From positions 864,001 to 928,000 of the forward strand of contig CAVXGK010000002.1 of NCBI GenBank assembly GCA_963761305.1: a stretch of DNA of 64,000 bases, written 5' to 3'. Source of the stretch: an uncultured Gemmatimonadaceae bacterium. Lineage in GTDB: Bacteria > Gemmatimonadota > Gemmatimonadetes > Gemmatimonadales > Gemmatimonadaceae. Below the pieces are notes generated by a model. It ran no database searches. It had not been told where the DNA came from and was given only the letters and a program-made list of their open reading frames with translations. Positions 29,507 to 38,599 of this stretch are shown piece after piece (positions within the stretch are counted from its first letter, which is position 1; the number at the start of each line of letters is the position of its first letter). Made by a program: the position numbers and the translations under genes.

Positions 29507-30810
29507 GCGGCGACTCCGGTCAATCGCGGATCGCGTTCGCGGGCGAGAACATCGACGAAGTCGTACGACGGATAGACGGGCATGGGGAGCTGCTCGCGCA
29601 GCGAAATGAACGATTCGTCGTCCAGGAATACACCGGAGTCGTTGATCGACTCGGCGGGAATCAGCGCGAGATCGAGATCCTCGCGCCCGGCGAGCGCCCG
29701 GCGAATGTCGGCGCCGACGAGCAAACCGGCGGTCGTCGTCGTCGGACCGAACAGCGAGTTGGTCGCGGTGAGCATCTCGAACGTGGCGCCGGTGGCCGAC
29801 GTGATCTGCTCGAGCAGCTCGGGCATGATGCCGGCCATCGAAACGCCCGTCACCACACCGATTCGTTTGCCGTCCAACCGCGGCAGTCCGCCGAGTCCGT
29901 CGCGAACGCGCTGGCGCAGCGACGCCACCGCGCCCACGCCGTTCTCGATCTGCGGGAAGTCGCCGTAGTAGTCGGGCAACGGCAGCTCCCGCTCGGCGAG
30001 GAGATACAGCTCGTCCGAGCCGTAGACCCACGCGTGCCCGAGATCGGGCCGTTCGACGCGAGACCGGTCCGCCCACGCGCCGATGGCGCCCAGCAGCACG
30101 CGCGCCTTGTCGCGGTCCATCGGCTGGCCGGTGTAGAGATGCGAGAACTGCGTGAGCCCGACGGGCACGACAGCCACGGAGAGCACGGCGTCGTCGAGCG
30201 CCCAGAGGTCGGCGAGCGACTGTCGGAGCACTTCGCCGTCGTTGAGGCCGGGCACGATCACCATCTGGCAGTGGAACTGAATTCCGCCACCGGCGAGCCG
30301 CGTGAGCTGCTCGACGACGTTCGGGACGCGCGGATTGTTGAGCAGCACCTTGCGCGCTTCCCACGGCGTGGCGTGGACCGAGATGTACAGCGGCGACAAC
30401 CGGTACTCGATGATGCGCGCGAAGTCGCGGTCCTTGAGGTTCGACAGCGTGGCGAAGTTGCCGTACGCGAACGACAGCCGGTAATCGTCGTCACGCACGT
30501 AAAGCGGCTTTCGCAGCCCCTTCGGCAGTCCCTCGATGAAACAGAACTCGCAGCGGTTCGCGCAGCGACGGATCGTCGCCGGCTCCAGCTCCACGCCGAG
30601 CGACTCGCCGTCCGGGCGATCCACCTCGTAGACGACCGCCTCTCCGCCCGGCTCGCGCGCTTCGATCACGAGCTCGTCGTCGGCGGTGAGAAATTCCCAA
30701 TCGAGGAAGTCCGCCAGCTCACGGCCGTTGACCGTCAGCAGCTCGGTGCCCGCGCCGATCCCGAGCTCACTCGCGATGCTTCCCGCTTCGACAGCCTTCA
30801 CGCGAACCAT
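29503..30810 (-). CDS. PDZ plus radical SAM protein (DUF512 family)
   Basis: N-terminal PDZ-like GSIA.ELG..G..L..VNG, CANRCEFC (CX3CX2C), DDDYRLSF..GN, QIENGVG. Confidence 0.88.
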   Translation of the reverse strand: MVRVKAVEAGSIASELGIGAGTELLTVNGRELADFLDWEFLTADDELVIEAREPGGEAVVYEVDRPDGESLGVELEPATIRRCANRCEFCFIEGLPKGLRKPLYVRDDDYRLSFAYGNFATLSNLKDRDFARIIEYRLSPLYISVHATPWEARKVLLNNPRVPNVVEQLTRLAGGGIQFHCQMVIVPGLNDGEVLRQSLADLWALDDAVLSVAVVPVGLTQFSHLYTGQPMDRDKARVLLGAIGAWADRSRVERPDLGHAWVYGSDELYLLAERELPLPDYYGDFPQIENGVGAVASLRQRVRDGLGGLPRLDGKRIGVVTGVSMAGIMPELLEQITSATGATFEMLTATNSLFGPTTTTAGLLVGADIRRALAGREDLDLALIPAESINDSGVFLDDESFISLREQLPMPVYPSYDFVDVLARERDPRLTGVAA

Positions 30811-30970
30811 GTGAGGAGCCTTGAGCGAGCGATGCGGGAAGGAAGAATCTGGCGGGCGACGGTAGGCAGCGAACAGCTCATGCAATGTAGGAGATCATAG
30901 GACCGAAAACAAGCAAAGCGATCAACTTGCACGTGACAACCTCCACCACTCTATCCGAGCAGTCGTGCTC

Positions 30971-31010
30971 ACAAAAACAAGAGCGCGCCCGCCGCTCGGC
31001 GGGCGCGCTC
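30971..31010 (-). terminator. intrinsic terminator of the TPR gene
   Basis: perfect hairpin GAGCGCGCCCGCC-4 nt-GGCGGGCGCGCTC followed on the minus strand by TTGTTTTTGT. Confidence 0.85.
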
Positions 31011-31033
31011 GAATGTCAGGCAGCTATGTCGGC

Positions 31034-32647
31034 TCAGTTCAGCGGCGCGTATTTGAAGGCCACAATTCCCACGCCGGTGCCCGTGGCCTTGAAGGTCGTT
31101 CGTTCATGCGACGCGACCGGACCGACGGCGACGTCTTGCGTCGTCACGGTGTTGCCGCCCTTGTCGATGAACTCGAGCTTGAGCGTGTAGCTCTTGGCCG
31201 CGTCCGTCGGGTTCGTGACCGAGCCGCCGATCGTCGTCTTCCCGTCGGTCGCCGTGGTGAACTCGGTGAAGGTTACGCGGGCGGGCAAGGACGACATCGC
31301 CGTCTGGAACTTGAGCGCGGAGTCGATGGCCAACTTCGACGAGTCGGCGTACGCCTTGATGAACGGATTCACCCGTGAGGCGGAGTCGATGGCGGCCTTC
31401 ACCACCGGAGCCGACTTCGACTTGTTGGCCCGGTCGCCGTACATCTTGGCCTTCGCTTCCCAATCCTTTTGCTTGGCGTCGTACCCCTTCTTGATGGCTC
31501 CGTAGCCGACCGCGAGGAGTTGATAGTTGTCCGGGTTGTCCGGGTCCACTTTCACCAGCGTCTGAGCGATCTCGATGCCCTTGGTGAAGTTGCTGTCGAG
31601 CAGGTACAGGCGGCCGAGGTTGTAGAGTACGTCGCGATGGTATGGATTCACCGCCCGCGCCGCCTCGAATAGCTTGATGGCGTCCCTCGACTGCTGCGCC
31701 TTGGCCGCCGTGACAGCGGCCATCATGAGCGAGTTGTACGAGAACGCGCTTGGGTTCGCGAGCTGGTCCGAGTACGAGCCCTTGATCGCCGCTGTGTCGC
31801 CGCTCAGCATGGCGAGGCGGGCCTGCCCGCTGCGCGCGTTGTCGGCGTACTTGGTTCCGGGGTCCTTGGCGAGCTGCTCGTACGCCGACTTCGCCTCGGC
31901 GATGTACGCGGCCTTGTCGGCCGCATCGGCCGCCTCGGCCTGATCGCTGGCGTAGTTCCCGAGATAGGCGAGAAGCTGCCGGCGCGTGTCGGCCATGGTG
32001 GAATCCTGCGCCGAGGCGATCGCCTGTTTGAAGGCCTCGATCGCTTCCTTCGGCTTGTTGTTCTTCATCGCCGCCTGCGCGATCACGTTGTAGCCGTACG
32101 GCGCGTGCTTCGACAAGATGAGCGACCGCTTGGCAACCACGACCGCCGAGTCGAGCTGATTCGAGTTGGAGAGATCGTTCGCCTGGTTCACGAGATCGAC
32201 CCACGCCTTTTGCTGCCGGTAGGCGGTCGTCTGCGAGATGCACTCCGGATTCGATGCCTCGACGATGCTGAACGCCGAATCGATGCCGACGAGGAGGTCG
32301 AACGCCGCCGCGGTGTCGGTGACGAAACCGACCGTGCCGCGCGTCGTCCTGCCGGTCGTCATGCCGGGCTGCTGCATCCAGAGGACGTAGGTCTTCCCGA
32401 GGACCATCGCGCGGCCGGCGGGATTCTTTTTCATGTCGCCGTCAGCCAGGAGCTTCACGGCGTCTTTCAGTCTGCCCGGCTGCTCCGCCGGCTTGGCCGT
32501 CGAGGCCGTCTGGATGTCGAGGTAGGCGCGTGCGACCTGGTTGGGTGAGCCCTCGTCGATTTCACACGCCTTCTGCTGTGCCGAGGCGGCAACGGATGCC
32601 CCGACGAGCATGAGTGCGGGCAAAAGCGTTTTTCCCATACCGTACAT
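31034..32647 (-). CDS. exported tetratricopeptide-repeat protein with a C-terminal FxLYD-like Ig/beta domain
   Basis: signal peptide ..ASA/QQ, TPR units (NPYHRDVLYNLG, DPDNPDNYQLL), C-terminal GSVTN..LEFIDKGG; AGGAG RBS. Confidence 0.75.
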   Translation of the reverse strand: MYGMGKTLLPALMLVGASVAASAQQKACEIDEGSPNQVARAYLDIQTASTAKPAEQPGRLKDAVKLLADGDMKKNPAGRAMVLGKTYVLWMQQPGMTTGRTTRGTVGFVTDTAAAFDLLVGIDSAFSIVEASNPECISQTTAYRQQKAWVDLVNQANDLSNSNQLDSAVVVAKRSLILSKHAPYGYNVIAQAAMKNNKPKEAIEAFKQAIASAQDSTMADTRRQLLAYLGNYASDQAEAADAADKAAYIAEAKSAYEQLAKDPGTKYADNARSGQARLAMLSGDTAAIKGSYSDQLANPSAFSYNSLMMAAVTAAKAQQSRDAIKLFEAARAVNPYHRDVLYNLGRLYLLDSNFTKGIEIAQTLVKVDPDNPDNYQLLAVGYGAIKKGYDAKQKDWEAKAKMYGDRANKSKSAPVVKAAIDSASRVNPFIKAYADSSKLAIDSALKFQTAMSSLPARVTFTEFTTATDGKTTIGGSVTNPTDAAKSYTLKLEFIDKGGNTVTTQDVAVGPVASHERTTFKATGTGVGIVAFKYAPLN

Positions 32648-32708
32648 CGTTGTCTCTCCTGAGTGTCCTGTAGTTCAGGCGGGTATGACACCCACCAAAA
32701 TCCCTACC

Positions 32709-33908
32709 CTAGGCGTCTGCGACGCGTTCCGCCTCCGCGGCGGCCAGCCTGAAAATATCCTGTAGCGGTCGGCCCGTCGCCAGTGCGACGTGCTGAACAT
32801 CGGCGAACTCGGGCTTGGTCCGGTGGCGGCCGTCGGGCAAGGTCACCCGTTTGGCGCTCACCTCGTGCCCGAGTACGGTGACTCGGATCACGTCACGAGC
32901 GAGGGCTCGGCGCAACACCTCACGCCGCCGGACGCCGATCGTCGTCGTTTCGATGAGCAGCAATTCCTCGAGGCGATCGGCCACGACGGGTCGGCACAGC
33001 AGCTCGACACGGACCGCGGGACGACCGTGCTTGGTGGTCTCGGCGAGGAGCACGACGTCCAGCGCGCCGGCCTCGCGCGCGCGCTCTACGATCGGCGCCA
33101 GATACTCGGGGCTCATGTCATCCACGTCGCAGACGAGCTCGACCAGCGATTCGCGCCCGTTGCCCGAGGTGTTCCCCCTCTCGGCCATGTCGTGCGTGTC
33201 CGCGAGGATGATCCGCAGCGCGTTGGCGCGATCGCTGAACTCTCTCGTGCCGGCGCCGTAGCCGCTCGCCCGCGGGATGTACTCGGCCGGCGGCAGTCCC
33301 TGGGAGAGAATGCGGACGAGCGCGGCGCCCGTCGGCGTCACCAGCTCACCCGATCCCTCGGGGCCGGGAGAGACCGCGAGGCCTTCGAGCAACTTGAGCG
33401 TCGCCGGCGCGGGTACGGGCAAGACGCCGTGCGCCGCGCGCACGGTGCCGTCGCCGAGCGCGATCGGACCGCAGTACACGCGTTCGACGCCCAGGCGCTC
33501 GAGTCCCCAGATCGTGCCGACCACGTCGAGGATCGCGTCGACCGCGCCGACTTCGTGCAGGTGCACCTTCTCGATCGGCACGCCGTGAATCGCGCCCTCG
33601 ACGGTGCCGATGGCCGTGAACACGCGGTTAGCGAGATCCTTCACCTTTTCGGGCGCGCTCGTCGCGTCGACGAGTTTGCGAATGTGGTGCACGTGGCGGC
33701 CGTGCGGCTGCGGCGGGATCTCGAAATCCACCTTCGAGCACACGATCTCCCCGCGCCGCACGTCGCGAATGTCGACGCGCACGCCATCGAGGCCGAGCGC
33801 CACCGGTAGCGACTTGAGCCACGCTGGCTCGACGCCCAGCTGCACGAGCGCGCCGAGCGCCATGTCGCCGGCGATGCCGCTGAACGGGTCGAGGATCGCG
33901 ATGCGCAT
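32709..33908 (-). CDS. larC: nickel pincer cofactor biosynthesis protein LarC
   Basis: DPFSGIAGDM.LGAL, HG...EKVHLHEVGAVDAI, HGVLPVPAPAT, ELVTPTGAA, GYGAG, DDMSPE, TTIGVR, KPEF. Confidence 0.93.
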   Translation of the reverse strand: MRIAILDPFSGIAGDMALGALVQLGVEPAWLKSLPVALGLDGVRVDIRDVRRGEIVCSKVDFEIPPQPHGRHVHHIRKLVDATSAPEKVKDLANRVFTAIGTVEGAIHGVPIEKVHLHEVGAVDAILDVVGTIWGLERLGVERVYCGPIALGDGTVRAAHGVLPVPAPATLKLLEGLAVSPGPEGSGELVTPTGAALVRILSQGLPPAEYIPRASGYGAGTREFSDRANALRIILADTHDMAERGNTSGNGRESLVELVCDVDDMSPEYLAPIVERAREAGALDVVLLAETTKHGRPAVRVELLCRPVVADRLEELLLIETTTIGVRRREVLRRALARDVIRVTVLGHEVSAKRVTLPDGRHRTKPEFADVQHVALATGRPLQDIFRLAAAEAERVADA

Positions 33909-33915
33909 TTCGAGA

Positions 33916-35061
33916 TCAGAACCGGTACGACGCGCCGCTGCCCGTGTTGAACACCAGCACCTCGGCGTCGCGCGGAATCCGCTTTTCGGCGACCAGTTCG
34001 CGCGTCACCGCGAGCGCACAACCGCCTTCGGGCGCCGCGTCCACGCCGCTCGCGCGCGACAGCTCGAGCGTGGCCGCACGAATCGCGTCTTCGCTCACCG
34101 CGTGCGCATCGCCCTTGCTCTCGTAGAGCGCGCGCAGAATGAGCCGGTCGCCGAGCGGACCCGGGACGCGAAGACCGCTGGCATGCGTGGTCGGATTCTC
34201 CCACGGCGTCGCGTGGTCGGCGTGCGCCTGGAAGGCGCGCACCATCGGCGCGCAGCCGTCCGCCTGTGCGACGATCATGCGCGGCAGCGTGAGATCCTTG
34301 GAAAGCCACCCGCCACGCTGCATTTCGGCGAAGACCTTCCACATCCCGATGAGCCCCGTGCCGCCGCCCGTGGGATACACGATGTGCGTCGGCAGTCGCC
34401 ACCCGAGCTGCTCGGCCAGCTCGATGCCCATCGTCTTCTTGCCTTCGATGCGATACGGCTCGCGCAGCGTGGAGACGTCGAAGTAGCCGCTCTCAGCGGC
34501 GAACGCGCGCGCCTGTTTGCCCGCGTCGCCGATGTGCCCCTTCACCAGCTGCAAGTCGGCGCCAAGAGCGCGGATCGTATCCAGGATCGGTTTCGGCGTG
34601 CTGTCGGGCGCGTACACGCGCACCGGCAATCCCGCCGCGGCGGCGTACGCACTCAGCGCCGCACCGGCGTTGCCCGCCGTGGGCACGACGAAACCTGGAA
34701 CGCCCGAACCGCGAGCCCGCGTGACCGCCGCGCTCATGCCGCGAGCCTTGAACGACGCGGTGGGATTCAGGCCTTCGTCCTTCACCCACAAGCGCGCGAC
34801 GCCGATCTCGCGCGCGAGCTTCGGCAGCTCGCTCATCGGCGTCAGTCCCTCGCCGAGAGAAACGGGCTCCTCATTCGCCTGGAGCGGCATCACGGCGGCG
34901 TATCGCCACATGTCCCAGCGCGGCGTCATCGCGTCGCGCGACGGCATGGGCGAATCGTAGATGACGAGAAATGGCTGCCCGCACTTGGGGCAGACGGTGG
35001 CGCGGGCCGTTCCCTGCTCGTGCGTCGCGCAGGCCGAACATTCGAGGTGCCAGGTGCTCAC
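33916..35061 (-). CDS. thrC: threonine synthase (PLP, fold type II) with N-terminal zinc ribbon
   Basis: CSAC..CPKC, MWRY, SLGEG.TP, KDEGLNPTASFKARG, AGNAG, EGKKT, PTGGG, NTGSG. Confidence 0.85.
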   Translation of the reverse strand: MSTWHLECSACATHEQGTARATVCPKCGQPFLVIYDSPMPSRDAMTPRWDMWRYAAVMPLQANEEPVSLGEGLTPMSELPKLAREIGVARLWVKDEGLNPTASFKARGMSAAVTRARGSGVPGFVVPTAGNAGAALSAYAAAAGLPVRVYAPDSTPKPILDTIRALGADLQLVKGHIGDAGKQARAFAAESGYFDVSTLREPYRIEGKKTMGIELAEQLGWRLPTHIVYPTGGGTGLIGMWKVFAEMQRGGWLSKDLTLPRMIVAQADGCAPMVRAFQAHADHATPWENPTTHASGLRVPGPLGDRLILRALYESKGDAHAVSEDAIRAATLELSRASGVDAAPEGGCALAVTRELVAEKRIPRDAEVLVFNTGSGASYRF

Positions 35062-36959
35062 GTGATCTCTGACGGAGTGTCGTTCGTTGGAGAATCGGAT
35101 TGGTCGCGCTCTGCGTCGGCCGTCGTCGCCGCAGGGGGCGCCGCGGTCGGTGAACTGGGTTGCAATGCTTCCACGATGCGCTCGGCCGTCTTGCGTCCGA
35201 ATCCAGGCAGCGCGGCGATCGCTTCGGGCGCGGCGTCTCGCACGCCTTGAAGACTTCCGAACGCCTCGAGCAGCTGGCGTCGTTTGGCTTCGCCGATGCC
35301 GGGAACCCGCAGCAGCTCCGACGTCATCGTACGCAGTGAACGACGCTTCCGCTGGAAGGTGATCGCGAAGCGATGCGCCTCGTCGCGCGCCTGCTGGAGC
35401 ACGCGCAGCGCCGGCGATCGGCGCGGCAGTCGGAGCGGTTCGGGCCGGCCGAGGAGAAACAGTTCCTCCTCGCGCTTCGCCAGGCTCACGATCGGCATCG
35501 CACCGAGCGACAACGATTCGAGCGCGGCGGCGGCGGCATGGAGTTGTCCCTTGCCGCCGTCGATCAGCACCAGGTCGGGCAGCGAACGTTCCTCCTCGAT
35601 GCGCCGGGCGAAGTAGCGCCGCACCACCTCGTGCATGGAGGCGAAGTCGTCGATCCCCTCGACCGTCTTCACCTTGAACTTGCGATACTCGGCGCGATAC
35701 GGCCGGCCGTTCTGAAACCAGACGCACGATGCGACGGTGTCCGTGCCCTGCGCATGCGAGATGTCGAAACAGGCGATGGCGCGCGGGACTTTCTGAAGGC
35801 CGAGCGCACGCTGCAGCTCGTAAATCGGATCGCCCGCGCGCTCTTCCGCTTCCTCGCCGGTGAGCCGCAGCTCCTCGAGCAGGTGACGGGCGTTCTGAAT
35901 CGCCAGGTCGACCAGATCGCGCCGCGGGCCGCGCTGCGGCGCGATGATCTTGGTGCGCTCGAGCGACGCCTCGACCAGCTCCCGCTCCTCGGGGTCGAAC
36001 GGCACGAGCAGCTCAGCCGCCCGATCCTCGAGTTTCAGGTAACCGCCGGCGAGATACGCTTGCAACACGGCGCCGTCGGTCTCCCCTTCGACGTTCTCGA
36101 GAAACTGTTGCTCGCGCGCCAGCAGCTTGCCGCCGCGAATGCGCATCAGCGCGATCGCGGCATCGTCGCCGTCGCGCGCATAGCCGACCACGTCGCGGTC
36201 GCCGCCGTCGATCGACAACACGACCGTCGGTTCGGCCATCGACTCGAGATGCCTGAGCGCGTCGCGCAGCTCGGCCGCGCCTTCGAAGTCGAGCGAGGCC
36301 GCCGCGTCGTCCATGCGTTTGCGGACGCGTCGCGCGACTTCATCCGTACGGCCCTCGAGAAAAACGAGCACCTCGTCGATCATCGCCGCGTATTCGATTT
36401 GCGTCTGCGCCAAAATGCACGGCGCCTTGCATCGATGGATGAAATAGTCGAGGCACGGCCGCTCGGGCATCTGCTTCGGCATGTCGTAGTTACACGACCG
36501 CACCGTGAAGACTCGCTTCACGACGTTCAGCGCCCGGCGCATCGCACCGACCTCGGTGTACGGCCCGAAGTACCTGCTCCCGTCGTCGATCAGCCGGCGC
36601 GTGACGAGCACGCGCGGAAACGGCTCGGCGACGGTGACCTTGATGTAGGGATACGACTTGTCGTCGCGGAGGGCGATGTTGTACTTCGGCTTGTGCTCCT
36701 TGATGAGGTTCGCCTCGAGGATCAAGGCGTGCGCCTCGCTCGGCACCACGATCGTGTCGAGGTCGGCGGCGGCCAGCATCAACGCGCGAGTCTTTATGCT
36801 CTCGGCGTGATCGGTCGCGACATAGTTGCGAACCCGCGACCTCAGACGCTTGGCCTTCCCGACGTACAAGACCGTGCCCTCCGCGTCACGCCAGAGGTAG
36901 ACCCCCGGCGACTCGGGCAGGTACGAGATCTTGTCGAGAACGGACTCCGGGAGCGCCAT
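35058..36959 (-). CDS. uvrC: excinuclease ABC subunit C
   Basis: PGVY..YVGKAK.LR.R GIY-YIG domain, DDKSYPY, FGPY, FDISH, IDGGKGQ, RDEAHRFA, HhH. Confidence 0.97.
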   Translation of the reverse strand: MALPESVLDKISYLPESPGVYLWRDAEGTVLYVGKAKRLRSRVRNYVATDHAESIKTRALMLAAADLDTIVVPSEAHALILEANLIKEHKPKYNIALRDDKSYPYIKVTVAEPFPRVLVTRRLIDDGSRYFGPYTEVGAMRRALNVVKRVFTVRSCNYDMPKQMPERPCLDYFIHRCKAPCILAQTQIEYAAMIDEVLVFLEGRTDEVARRVRKRMDDAAASLDFEGAAELRDALRHLESMAEPTVVLSIDGGDRDVVGYARDGDDAAIALMRIRGGKLLAREQQFLENVEGETDGAVLQAYLAGGYLKLEDRAAELLVPFDPEERELVEASLERTKIIAPQRGPRRDLVDLAIQNARHLLEELRLTGEEAEERAGDPIYELQRALGLQKVPRAIACFDISHAQGTDTVASCVWFQNGRPYRAEYRKFKVKTVEGIDDFASMHEVVRRYFARRIEEERSLPDLVLIDGGKGQLHAAAAALESLSLGAMPIVSLAKREEELFLLGRPEPLRLPRRSPALRVLQQARDEAHRFAITFQRKRRSLRTMTSELLRVPGIGEAKRRQLLEAFGSLQGVRDAAPEAIAALPGFGRKTAERIVEALQPSSPTAAPPAATTADAERDQSDSPTNDTPSEIT

Positions 36960-36967
36960 GCCGAAAG

Positions 36968-38599
36968 TTATCCCCGGCGCGATCGTCTCCGCAGACGCCG
37001 GAACAGGCTGCGCGCCTCAGGAACGCCCAGCGCGAGGGTCGCGAGCAGATACACGACGCCGAACACCGCCAGGATCAACGCGCGCGAGATGAACGTCGAC
37101 GCGCCCACGCCGTACACACGCACGCCCCATCCGGCGGCGGCGGCCGCGAGCGCGGCGCCCCACAGCGTGGCGACGAGTCCGGCGGGAACTCCGGTGACAC
37201 CGATTCGCCGGTTGAGCTGTGTGCGCAGGAGGGTGAACTCCACCCAGCCCGCGATGCCCGCCGACGATGTCAGACCCGCCGCGCCCCAACGCGCGTCGAT
37301 TCCGAGCAGCTTCGGGCCCTCGAAGGCGAACAGCGCGCCGAGCACCGTCGTGAGTGCGACGCGCACGAGTGCGAAGCGCAGCGGCGTGCGCGTGTCGTGC
37401 AGCGCGTAGTACGTCGCCGAATACAGTCGCCCAAGCGTCGACGCGAGCAGCCCGACCGCCGAGCCAGCCAGAATGCCCCACGCGTACATCGACTCCGTCG
37501 CCGTGAACTTGCCGCCGTTCTGGAACAACAGCGCTGCGATGACGTCCCCGAGCGCGAGGAATGCCATCGCGGACGGAATGACGAAGAACGCGATCTGCCG
37601 GAGTCCGGTCGCGATCCGTGCACGCAACTGGGCCGCGATCTCTTCCTGGCTTCCCACCGCGCGAGACATTTCCGGCAGCTCCGCGGCGGAAACGGCCATC
37701 CCGAACAGGCTGACGGGCAGCAGATAGATCGTCTGCGCGTAGCTCAGCGTCGCGACGACGCCGCCGGGCAGAAAACTCGCCAGCCACTGATCGATGTAGC
37801 CGCTGATCTGGACGACCCCGCGGCTCGTCAGCACCGGGGCGAAGTTGCGCGACACGCGTCGCACCTCCCCAGACGTCATATCGAGCGACACGCGCAACGG
37901 GCGTGTGAGAGCGATCGCCGTCGGCAACTGAACGAGAAACTGCAACAGTGCGCCGACGACCGATGCCCATGCGAGAATCACCGCCAGGTCCGGCGGCGCG
38001 CGCTTCGGCCCGAAGCCCAGCAACGCGGCGATCATCGCCACGTTCCACAGGATCGGAGCGCTGTACGAGATCAGGAACTTCCGATGACTGTTGAGAACGC
38101 CCAGGCACCACGACGCGACGACGAAGATCCCGGCACCCGGGAAGAGAATCCGCACCAGCGTGATCGTGAGGGCTCGACGCTGCGGGTCGAATCCAGGGGC
38201 GATGAGTGGAATGAGCCAGGGCGTGATGAGCACGCCGACGAGCACGCTCGCGGCAACGACGAGCGACAGCAGCCCCAGGATCGCGCCGGCGAGGCGCCCC
38301 GCGTCCTCTTCCCTTCCGTCTTCCAGGAGGCGTGAATAGACCGGAATGAACGACGCCGACAGGGCGCCTTCGCCGAACAGGTTGTTGAGAATGTTCGGAA
38401 TCTTGAATGCGGCCGTGAACGCGTCCGCGGCCAGACTCGCGCCGAGGTAATGCGCCATGAGCATCTGCCGCGCGAGGCCGAACACACGCGAGAGCATGAT
38501 GCCGGTGGCGACGATCGTCGCCGCGCCGCCAGTGCGGCGCGGTGGTGGAGGAGGAGGCACGCTCGGATCGCTCGTCGAACCGCGAACCGTCGCGGTCAT
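36968..38599 (-). CDS. murJ: lipid II flippase MurJ (MviN)
   Basis: SRVFGLAR, ADAF..AF.IPN....LFGEG.LS.SFIP, LPVSLFG, YAL.DT.TP. Confidence 0.95.
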   Translation of the reverse strand: MTATVRGSTSDPSVPPPPPPRRTGGAATIVATGIMLSRVFGLARQMLMAHYLGASLAADAFTAAFKIPNILNNLFGEGALSASFIPVYSRLLEDGREEDAGRLAGAILGLLSLVVAASVLVGVLITPWLIPLIAPGFDPQRRALTITLVRILFPGAGIFVVASWCLGVLNSHRKFLISYSAPILWNVAMIAALLGFGPKRAPPDLAVILAWASVVGALLQFLVQLPTAIALTRPLRVSLDMTSGEVRRVSRNFAPVLTSRGVVQISGYIDQWLASFLPGGVVATLSYAQTIYLLPVSLFGMAVSAAELPEMSRAVGSQEEIAAQLRARIATGLRQIAFFVIPSAMAFLALGDVIAALLFQNGGKFTATESMYAWGILAGSAVGLLASTLGRLYSATYYALHDTRTPLRFALVRVALTTVLGALFAFEGPKLLGIDARWGAAGLTSSAGIAGWVEFTLLRTQLNRRIGVTGVPAGLVATLWGAALAAAAAGWGVRVYGVGASTFISRALILAVFGVVYLLATLALGVPEARSLFRRLRRRSRRG

